64,000 bases of DNA from Octopus sinensis. Taxonomy: Eukaryota. This document shows positions 54,094-64,000 of this stretch, piece by piece (the first letter of the stretch is position 1; every line of letters begins with the position of its first letter). The position numbers and the translations under genes were made by a program. The notes beneath the pieces are model-generated. The model was not told where the DNA came from and did not search any database. It saw nothing but the letters and a program-made list of their open reading frames with translations. The stretch spans positions 6,200,001-6,264,000 of the forward strand of contig NC_043007.1 of assembly GCF_006345805.1 (NCBI RefSeq). Direction: 5' to 3'.

Positions 54094-54124
54094 TATTATT
54101 ATTATCATCATTATTATTATTATT
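53785..54124. repeat. Long (ATT)n microsatellite
   Basis: Directly visible. Confidence 0.95.
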
Positions 54125-54671
54125 GAGTGAGAGAGCAGTTCATGCCATCAAAGTGACACTGGGGTAAAATATACGAAGCCCAATATACCCATCATGACTA
54201 CCCGTCTGATAAAGGTACACCAGGCACATGCATCACAACCATATGTGCGCGACATGGTGATCTCATATCAAGATAAACAGCACATGACCTTGCAGGTGGG
54301 GCCCAGTTTGAATTTTCTTCAGGTTGAGTAGCCCATCCCGCTCAAACGGTCCCTGAATAAGGGTTGTTTAAGGATGTTGAAAGAACCACCCATGTTTCCA
54401 GAGGTGAACTATTCAAACCCCAAAGCATCCCTCTCAACACATGGCTATGATGCTCCCCCACTACTTCTGCTCGTGATCAGAGATGCACATATCGTCAGCC
54501 ACTAAGGGACATGCTCAACTGGTTAAGGTCAAACAACTGACAAGCAAATCTGTGGTATTGAGCAGAATATTTGCTGTAGCCCATCTTTTATACCAAGACA
54601 AAACAATGTACATGATAACACTTCCAATCAGTTAAGATCAGAAGCCATTAGAGCCACTGCCTGGTACTGCA
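54125..54671 (-). mobile_element. ~555-bp element, copy 3 (lacks ~10 nt at the plus-strand right end)
   Basis: Aligns to copies 1 and 2. Ends ...GGTACTGCA|ATTATT instead of ...GGTACTGCATCAGGGCATT. Confidence 0.9.
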
Positions 54672-54776
54672 ATTATTATTATTATTATTATAATAATAAT
54701 AATAATTATTATTATTAATATCATTATTATTATTATTATTATCATCATCATTATTATTATTATTATTATTATTATT

Positions 54777-55048
54777 CAGTAGTTTTATTTTTATAGCGTG
54801 CTTTCACTTCACTACCGAGCGCAGCTCTGTGTGCCTTGGGTATGTGCTGTGATTTGTTGTGATGCTCTGATGGTTATTGTATGGAAAGTGCTCTGCGTAG
54901 GATGTGTGCAGTGCCTAGTAGTGCAATTTTCTGTATGATATATGTGTTTGTAAGTCCTGGTGTTTTTGTTATGTATTTGTCTGAATATTTTTTTATCATG
55001 CCTAATGCACCTACTATGATAGGAATTGTTTCTGTTTTCAGATTCCAC
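54777..55048 (-). mobile_element. Short 5'-truncated Dong/R4 LINE 3' end inserted in (AAT)n
   Basis: Minus-strand open frame WNLKTETIPIIVGALGMIKK...IQKIALLGTAHILRRALSIQ* (stop at 54874-54876), then a 97-nt 3' UTR. Both ends abut (ATT)n. Confidence 0.85.
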
Positions 55049-55102
<54 letters not shown>

Positions 55103-56492
55103 TGATGATGATGATAAAAAGTAGTATAAAATATGAAAAAAAATGTTGTTAGATTTACGCACTTTCATTTGCAAATCTGTATTGAATTCCAATAAGTTAT
55201 TTATACTAAATAATAAATCCGAGTTATTAGCTTTCAAATACAGCAATATGAGTTATGGTGTGAACACGCGTCTTAGACTATTGAACATTTGAGCATAATT
55301 AAGTTACCTTGATACCCTCAATCATTGCAGTATACATACATACATACATACATATATATAGTGTGTATGTGTGTGTGTGTACGTGTGTGTGTGTGTATGT
55401 GTACGCGTGTGTGTGAGTATACATATATATACTTATATATAGAGAGAATGATTTATGCATGTATGATTGTATACATATCTGTATATATAGTAATAATTTT
55501 ATATTCGGGTAGACATCTTTACACACACAAGCACATATATGCACCCGCAAGCACACACAAACACACACACATACACACAAATACACACACACAAATACAC
55601 ACACACACACACACACACAAGCACACATACACGACACGCGCACATATATAAGTCTCTGTGAGTGTTTGTCTATAATTCTATATCCATTTATTATAACTTC
55701 TTTATTCATTATAACTTCTATTCAGTATGTAAAATAATAATTCACAAAATTCAATTGCATATCTTTTTACCAGAATATTCCAATACATTTTAAATGTTTT
55801 ACCGTTTATTTAAGCCAAATATTCCCTTTTAGGAAGGATACGAATTAAAGGGAGTGAGAAAATAGGGAAAAACATCAACTGCAACGGCAGCAACATCCAG
55901 GCTACAATAACAAACATAATCCTCCATCACACCCTCCTCCTGCGGCACCCGCCTACCTCCACCACCAGCACCGACAACAACAACAACACCAACACCGAAA
56001 TAACACCAACAGCAATAACTACATTGCTTTCTTTGTAATAACCCGAATGAAAATGTTCATTAGTAACAAGGGAATAAACGCATTTGTGGCGTTCATGCCT
56101 TTCCCCATTAGAAAGAGAGAGAGAGAGAGAGAGAGAGAGTAAGCAGAATTACTCGATTCTGTCTCATTTCTGTCTCAAGCAAGTTTCACTTCACTCACAC
56201 AGCTTTCGGCTCTGTCTTGGGTTGTCTACAGTTGTTATACAATATTACTCATTACATCTGTGACTAGAATATCGTAGGATTCAATCGGAAATCGAATTCT
56301 TCAAGTCGAATCAATCGATTGGAGACTTATAGGTGGGTCAAAAATGAAATGGTTGGATAATATCCACAATCCCCTTTCGCAAAGTTTTGTTCGTGTGATA
56401 AATAATTTTTTTTTTTAATTTAGGCACACGGTAGCGGGTATTAGTCCATTCCATCAACTCCAGCACTTTATTGGTATTACAAATTACATACA

Positions 56493-56716
56493 GGCGACGA
56501 GCTGGCAGAAACGTTAGCACGCCGGGCGAAATGCTTAGCAGTATTTCGTCTGCCGCTACGTTCTGAGTTCAAATTCCGCCGAGGTCGACTTTGCCTTTCA
56601 TCCTTTCGGGGTCGATTAAATAAGTACCAGTTACGCACTGGGGCTTAATCCGTTTGTCTGTCCTTGTTCGTCCCCTCTTGGTTTAGCTCCCAGTGGGTAG
56701 GAAAGAAATAGGTATT
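56493..56716 (+). mobile_element. Family-A SINE
   Basis: Near full length with a small internal deletion. Confidence 0.9.
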
Positions 56717-57039
56717 AGAAACACATAGTGTAACTACATTATGAATGTGATTATATGTACTGTATGAAAATAGATTCTGTGTTGACATACGAAAATTATA
56801 TATTAAGGAAGATATGTCATTTACATAAACAGTATCATAGCAGACGTCAATAATTTAATAAAAATAACATTATAAAACTATTAAGTGTGAGAATTCGCAC
56901 GCCGACCGTTTATTAAATAGCTTAAACTATAAATCTAACAATAGCCTTCATAAATAATATACCAAGAATGTTTGGTGTCTAATTCATATCCATGTAGAAA
57001 CTTCCTGCACAAACTATTTTGTTCAGAGATATTGTTTTC

Positions 57040-57235
57040 TTTTCTACTCCAGGCACAAGGCCAGAAATTTTGGAGGAGGAGGTCAGTCGATTAGATCGAC
57101 CTCAGTACGCAACTGGTACTTAATTTATCAACCCCGAAAGGATGAAAAGCAAAGTTATCCTCGGTGGAATTTGAACACAGAACGTCGATTCAGAATTATT
57201 GAAACGTTTGCAGTATTAGATACGCTAACGACACA
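57040..57235 (-). mobile_element. Family-A SINE
   Basis: CTGGTACTTAATTTATCAACCCCGAAAGGATGAAAAGCAAAG. Confidence 0.8.
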
Positions 57236-57526
57236 ATCTCAGTTGGTTACCCTTGAGAATGGACCTGGAAAGTCGAATGACATTTGGATAAGTTACCTAG
57301 GGTTTCAATACCCGCGATCCTTGCAGGCAACGTTGTCGGAGAAGACGGATCGATGGATGGTCATCTGCGAGTTGTCACCACATAAAAGCGTCTTCACCGA
57401 ATCTCTTGTCTATGAGTTCCGCAAAAGCTGTTTCGAGTCATATAGTTTATTTTTATTTATTTTTTTACAAAATACAATCCCAGTTTTGCAATCTAATTAT
57501 TCGTTTGATGAAAAATAATTTCTCAT

Positions 57527-57950
57527 TTAGGCACAAGGCCAGCAATTTCCAGAGGTGTAGGGTTAGTCACTTTCATCAACCCTAACGCTTTACTTGTATT
57601 TCAATTTATGAATCCCAAAAGGATGGAAGGCAATGCTGGTACAGGCAGGATTTGAACTCAGAAAATAAAGAAAATATAGTGGTAAGCATTTCTTGTCAGG
57701 CTCTAAAGAGTATGCCAACTTGTCAGACCCATTGTGCTTTCTAAATTAGACGCCTGGCCAGCAGTTTCGAGAGTCGGGGATGCAGTTAATTGCATTACCT
57801 CATTAAATGACTGGTATTTCCTGCTGTCGACTCCGCATGGATAAAAATCAAAATTGATCTTGGCTAAGATTTGAATTCAGAACGTAAAAAAAAAAAATAG
57901 TACCAGCGGTTTTTCTCACGCTCTAACGAATCCACCAGTTTGCTGCGTTT
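57527..57950 (-). mobile_element. Two diverged family-A SINEs in series
   Basis: Central domain and GATTTGAACTCAGAA motifs occur twice. Confidence 0.6.
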
Positions 57951-58479
57951 AATTCAAGAAATAAAGATTTCATATGAAAAAAAAGAAAGAAAATAAGCCA
58001 GCGAGTTTGCCTATTCTTCCATGACAATTTGAATATAAATATGTACGAAATTCATAACATTCAAACCTGTGACTGTATGAAACCATTCCTCTTCTTTAGA
58101 ATTCTGTTCCAAAAGTAAATTTCGCTTTTTTTTTTCTTAGTCTGCCACACCAAACATTGCGAAATATTCCATGCTTGTAATTCCAATGGTGCTACTTATT
58201 TTAGTCGATATTTTCAGCGATGCTAATGCGATTAGCAACGATGAGTAAAACATGATAATTGAATTGAGTGCTCAGGTGTTCCGGGAAATTACATTACTTT
58301 AGTGTCCTTACCTGAGTAGGTGTTAAATATTGCTTCCGGATATATTTGTAATATTCACCAGCTTACTTATCCCCATGCCAACTTTTTGTTTTCCTAAATA
58401 AGCTCCCTGCTTTTCTATATTCCTCCTCTATGAAACTGTCTGTCTGTCTGCCTCCCTTTCTGTCTCCACATGCACACAC

Positions 58480-58599
58480 GTGTATGTATGTAATGTATGT
58501 ACGTATGTATGTATGTATGTATGTATGTATGTATGTATGTATGTATGTATGTATGTACGTATGTATGTATGTATGTATGTATGTATGTATGTATGTATG

Positions 58600-58636
<37 letters not shown>

Positions 58637-58760
58637 CTCTATCTCTCTCTTTCTATCTATCTCTCCATCTCTCTATCTATCTCTCCATCTTTCTATCTCT
58701 CTATCTATCTCTCCATCTCTCTATTTCTCTCTCTCTCTCACTCTCTCTCTATCTATCTAG
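58480..58760. repeat. (TATG)n(TATC)n(CT)-rich compound microsatellite
   Basis: Directly visible. Confidence 0.95.
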
Positions 58761-59566
58761 CTTACTACCTACCTCTCGTTATCTCACTCTATCTCTGTAT
58801 CTAGACAACCACATACGCCCGCACACTCACATACATTCCCATATTCACATATGTATGTTTATGCATGCATATACACACACCGCCCAATAGTAAATAGTCT
58901 TCATTATCTTTGAAGAAATGTATTTTTAGAAACAAAATAATGTCATAACATGTGAATACATTAACAATTTAAAGCAGCAACTTTTGGCAGCACAAATAAA
59001 ACGGTTTAACGAGGGATGTTGTATTTACTTTTGGAACTTGTCCCTATCTATGTGTGGCGTATGAGAATGAAATATTTCCGTTCTATATTTCCTAAACATA
59101 GCCTTACACATTCGTACACACAAACACAGACGCACGCACACACATACGCATATACACATATTGAAAGATATGTGTATCAAATACGATGCGAAAATATATG
59201 ATTATATACCGTAATGAGTGACATCTTGGTTTTCTTTTCACGAAGGCGCATCATGGGAAGACGGGAGCCAGAACTGATACAACGCTGCTAAACCCAACAA
59301 CATTTATACCGGAATTGAATCGGTTTTAAGAATTGAAAATCTATCGAGATCTGACTTGTTTTAGGTTCTTACACACTTCCCATGTATTTTTTTCTATTAT
59401 TGAAAAAATACATAACAGGTAGTGAAAGAGAATTATTTGGAAAACATCATTTAGAAAGATGTTTACATTTACATTTTAAAAGGCATTATGCTAAATCACA
59501 AAAAAACAACAAAAAACGCCCCAAAAGCAGAGAACGTAGGATTAAGTTAAGGTTATTGAGTCACCT

Positions 59567-59802
59567 TTGAAGGCGGCGAGCTGGCAGAAACGTTAGCACA
59601 CCGGGCGAAATGCGTAGCCGTATTTCATGTGCCATTACGTTCTGTGTTCAAATTCCGCCGAGGTCGACTCTATCTTTCATCCTTTCGGGGTCGATAAATT
59701 AAGTACCAGTTACGCACTAGGATCGATGTAATTGACTTAATCCGTTTGCCTATCCTTGTTTGTCCCCTCTGTGTTCAGCCCCTTGTGGGTAGTAAAGAAA
59801 TA
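59567..59802 (+). mobile_element. Full-length family-A SINE with 15-bp target-site duplication
   Basis: GTTATTGAGTCACCT at 59552-59566 and 59803-59817. Confidence 0.95.
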
Positions 59803-60517
59803 GTTATTGAGTCACCTCATTTTCGATTCTGTGTTCAAAACTCACCAAAGTCAATTAAAGTGAAAAACCAGTCAAATACCAGATTAATATAATGAGCAGT
59901 ACAATCCTGTATAATACGTCATTAAGTGTTACAAATCCTTATTTTGCCGCACCCCATTATGGTCTGATTTCAAATACGGTCAACAGCGCTTAGCTAAACC
60001 TTTCGTCAATCACCTGAGATTCATTAAATCACTCATCTTCTAATGAATGATTCAATAACACTTTGGAATGTAAAGTAAACCCTGGAAGTTGTTGAAATAA
60101 TTGAGTGCAACACGTAATTTAGAAGAGTGTTTTTAGAGTTTAGAAAATCTATTCTTTCTATCGTTTGCCGCTGAGTTGATTCAGTAAAAAGCAACCAAAG
60201 ACCAGGTGTTTTTGGCAAACAGTGCGATGGATGAAAACTACCACCCAAGTAAACGGCAGTGGCGTTTGATCTCAGAACGTTGAAACATTTAGAACAAATA
60301 TTGTAACGCATCCTGAGTGACGTTCGCATGACTCCGAACGTCTGTCGTTGTAAACTAAGAGGAAGGGTGAAATACAAACTTAGGGGTGAAGTTTTGAACA
60401 ATGAACGCAAAAAAAAACAGAAAGAAATATTGTAAATTATTTCAGTAGAGTGACTCTACCAGTTCGCTTCCTTAAATAAAATGAAGACGATTTTCCCTCG
60501 TTAACATTTCAAGAAAA

Positions 60518-60652
<135 letters not shown>

Positions 60653-60937
60653 GCTATCACTTTGGTTGATTTTCAATTGATCAATAATCGAATCAATATC
60701 AGTTATTGTTTTTCCTTCGTTTCTCAGATGAAGAATGAGAGCAGAGCTGATAATATTATATCATTTATACGTAGAGCAGTATGTATATAGTATTATAGAT
60801 ACATAGTATAAAAACGCTATGAATATAATTATAAATATTGTATTAAAATAGATTTTGTTTTGACATACGAAAATTGTGTATTAAAGAATACATGTCATTC
60901 ACATGAACAGCTATAGGAAATATCAACGATTTAATAT

Positions 60938-61310
60938 AAACAAGAGCACTGAGAGAGCGCAAAGCTCGGCCAAGGCAACACCAAAGTCCTCTCAACGAGT
61001 AACCGGAGATGATTTTTAAAATGAGAATATCTGAAGTAAACTAGACTGCTCTCACAGATAAGAATACTAAGAATGAACCTGACTGCTCTCAAAAATTAAC
61101 TAAAATAAACTGGAAAAATAATCCAGAACCCTTGTGTCCGGTACCAGATTGATCCCAAAATCTAATCAGTTTGTGCCAATCACGAGGCCAAACATCCCTG
61201 TAAGTTTTGTCCGAATCCATCCAGTGGTTCTTGAGATATCTTGTCCATGGACAAAGAAACAAACACGACTGAAAACAATAACTCGGCCTTCGCTAAGGTG
61301 GAGGTAATAA
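60938..61310 (+). mobile_element. Non-autonomous Helentron-associated (HINE/DINE-1-like) element
   Basis: Starts AAACAAGAG. 5' subterminal CTCGGCCAAGG (60965-60975), 3' hairpin CTCGGCCTT-CGCT-AAGGTGGAG (61282-61303), internal GACTGCTCTCA x2. Absent from the paralogous segment at ~56850. Confidence 0.65.
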
Positions 61311-62091
61311 CATGATAAAACTGTTAAAACAGCTATGAGAATTGATACGCCGATTATTTAACTATAAGTTATTAAATAGCTTAAAATATAAATTTCTCTT
61401 GATAGAACAACATCCTTTTTTATAAATAATGTAATAAATATAGATAGGATGTGTGTAATTTCAAGTAGATTTTACTTCTATGTTTTGTGGACTGAGCGAT
61501 CGAGTAAAGTCTCTTGTTTACATCTGTCGAAGCAACTGAGTCAGAATATTTAATGAGAAACTTTAGTCGTTCATCTCCGCGCTATGATTTCAGGGTCGAC
61601 TGTAGTTTTCAGCTTCCTGTATAAAATAAACACCAGGCAATTAATGAATTCAGTTCAATCGTCTCCTACATCCGTGAAGCTGTGGCCTTGTGTTAGCGTG
61701 GGAAGGTAGTCTGGCTATATTTTAATTTAAAATTAAATTTACGCCAAACGACGCGGCAACCTCTCCATTTTGTCGTTCTAGAAATAATCAAAGCAATGAC
61801 AACAATTAAGTTTCAGACACAGTCGTTTGTTATTAGACTTAATGACAAGCAATAATTAAGTTTCAGCTTTCTCGATTGTAATATCGGTTGGATTGATTAA
61901 TTGTGCATGATAATTCGAGATTAGATCGGCTTAAATCTAATGCGCTGGGATTCTTTCTGAGCAATGAATGATATTCCACAAACTAAATACAAACGATGAT
62001 GTATTTAATGTTTGATGTTCAAGTAATCTTCATCTTGGCGAATAATCTCAATCATCTTAATAAAAACTGATGTAGAGTCAAAATACTCTTC

Positions 62092-62245
62092 TTTTCTACT
62101 AAAGGCATAAAAAAGTGTGAAACTTCGACACCGAAAGGATGAAAGACAAAGTCAATTGTGGCGGAATTTTAACTCAGTTCGTAGAGACGGACGAAATTTC
62201 GTTAAGCATTTTGTCCGGAGTGTTAACTATTCTGCCAGCTCGTTA
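62092..62245 (-). mobile_element. Family-A SINE
   Basis: CGACACCGAAAGGATGAAAGACAAAGTC...CTATTCTGCCAGCTCG. Confidence 0.8.
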
Positions 62246-62332
62246 CCTTGACAAATAAAATGAAAGTTAAAGGTTGTGCCACATCGTTCGCTCTTGCTCT
62301 CTCTCTCTCCCTCTCTCTTTCTCCACATATAT

Positions 62333-62365
<33 letters not shown>

Positions 62366-62388
62366 GTGTATGTATGTATGTATGTATG

Positions 62389-62432
<44 letters not shown>

Positions 62433-62644
62433 GTTACTTGCTTCAGTCATTTGACTGTGACTGTGCTTGGACACAACATTGATGGATTTTAGTAGCAGAA
62501 CAAATCGAATTGAGTACATTTTCTTGTTTATATAGGCCTAGGACTTATATAAGCATCGTTTGTCAGGATGTGGTGGTGTTAAAGAAACTCTCTCACGCTC
62601 TCTCCTACGCACCCCACAGATAGATACACATATACTTACAAATA

Positions 62645-62830
62645 TCATTATCATCATCATCATCATCATCATCATTTAACGTCCGTTTTCCATGCTGGCA
62701 TGGTTTGGAACTGGCAAGGTCAGGGGCCGCACCAGATTTCCTAGTGTGCTTTGAGTTGGTTTCTAAGGTTGGATGCGCTTCGTAAGTGTATTAGCTGCTT
62801 TATACGTGGCACCATCTCTGAAACCAATGC
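62645..62830 (-). mobile_element. SINE/LINE 3' tail with (GAT)n end
   Basis: (CAT)n-TTAACGTCCGTTTTCCATGCTGGCATGG is the reverse complement of a retroposon 3' end with a trinucleotide tail. Confidence 0.55.
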
Positions 62831-63053
62831 TTTTTACGCAGCGCCTTCATTTATGGTGGGCAGATCTTCTTAAGTACAGCAATGCGATGGGCTACTTTCA
62901 GTTTTCGTCTACGATATCCACTCACATGAGCTTGGTCAGCCCAGAGGTATAGTTAGAAGAGAAACTGAACTCGGAACCATTTAGCTGGGAAGGAAGCAAG
63001 CTTCTTACAACACTATCATTCTTGTTCATGTACACACACAGAGCCTGTATATG

Positions 63054-63131
<78 letters not shown>

Positions 63132-63169
63132 CATATATACATATATATATTTAAGGTGATTATCAACTC

Positions 63170-64000
63170 CTTATGCAGTGTCTGACCCCTTCTTATACTT
63201 ACACATGAAACCCATCATGGTGTCTGATATGGTTTTTTAAACTGGTCATTGCATTGAAAAGACACCCACATAGATTGCAAATCCGATTTGGATCACCAAG
63301 AGATGCAATTAAGTTCCGATCTTTGTGGATCTTAAAATGTCATTTGAAGCCTTCGTTAGATTTGCAGACCTTATGGCATACAGAGTACTGGAAAGTGTGC
63401 ACAGATATATAGGTAGAATAGTTGGTAGAGGTTCATTTTCCATGGGTCCGCAAATGAGGTTTGAACTAAGTAAAAGAAACACGTGGTCTGTCACAAACTG
63501 TGAGCATAAAAAGGTCATTGTGATTCACCTTCTCAATCGCAACATTCTTCTTTAAATTTCTCTCGAGTCTTGTATGCTTTATCCTGGCCTCATCGAAAGC
63601 TTTCATTCCGCTGCACACTTTTGTTCGCCATCCATCTCGATCCGAAGCAAGGGTTTCTATGTCCTCTGCATCCATTCCACCTGACTTCGTTTTAGTCCTT
63701 ATGCCGTATTTAAACCCCTTTTAAAGTTTTCACTGATAGCATACTCCCCACCCTGCAATCTCGCCATAAAACAGCTGTTTGGGAGTGCGTTCATCCGCCA
63801 TTCGAACAATATGGCCACACCATCTCATTTAGTTTTTCAGAATCATTACTTTAATTGAAGTGATACCTGCAAACCCAATAAAAACATCTGTGCTTGGATT
63901 TAAAAAAAACAAACTCCATTTAATGTTTAAAATGCGATAAAGGCATTTTTGGAGGAATTGTCTTTCATAACACGTCCATGTTTCAAGAGAATACAACAGG
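63170..64000 (-). mobile_element. RTE-clade LINE 3' part (continues past the window end)
   Basis: LLYSLETWTCY..RILNIKW; MRWCGHIVRMADERTPKQLFYGE; IETLASDRDGWRTKVCSG. Confidence 0.85.

Noticed and set aside
55833-56040. Gln/His/Pro-rich frame (HQLQRQQHPG...HHQHRQQQQ) resembling a low-complexity exon
   Set aside because: In-frame stop at 55855, and the only good acceptor (55832) leads into other frames. Best explained as decayed CAA/CAC/CCT repeats.

Overview
AT-rich, microsatellite-saturated eukaryotic DNA. The SINE types and repeat landscape suggest an octopus/cephalopod genome (inference). No host protein-coding gene, rRNA, true tRNA or CRISPR array is recognisable, so the window reads as intronic or intergenic. 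Most ORFs in the supplied track are microsatellite read-through. The recognisable content is transposon-derived: about 20 tRNA-derived SINE copies or fragments; LINE remnants (CR1-type, two RTE, three R4/Dong); Penelope-like (PLE) remnants; DNA transposon remnants (an internally deleted Merlin with long TIRs, a Chapaev3-like transposase, mariner, a Helitron helicase, a Helentron/HINE-like element, a small MITE); and three copies of a ~555-bp non-coding element found only inside (AAT)n tracts. The most notable hidden signal is seven type I hammerhead-ribozyme motifs, two with intact cores and well-paired stems. They sit in PLE-type repeats that end at (TA)n tracts. Three PLE-type fold-back palindromes are also present, one of which turns around on a hammerhead stem II. 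All calls were made by eye; coordinates are approximate to a few bp unless given as exact motifs.
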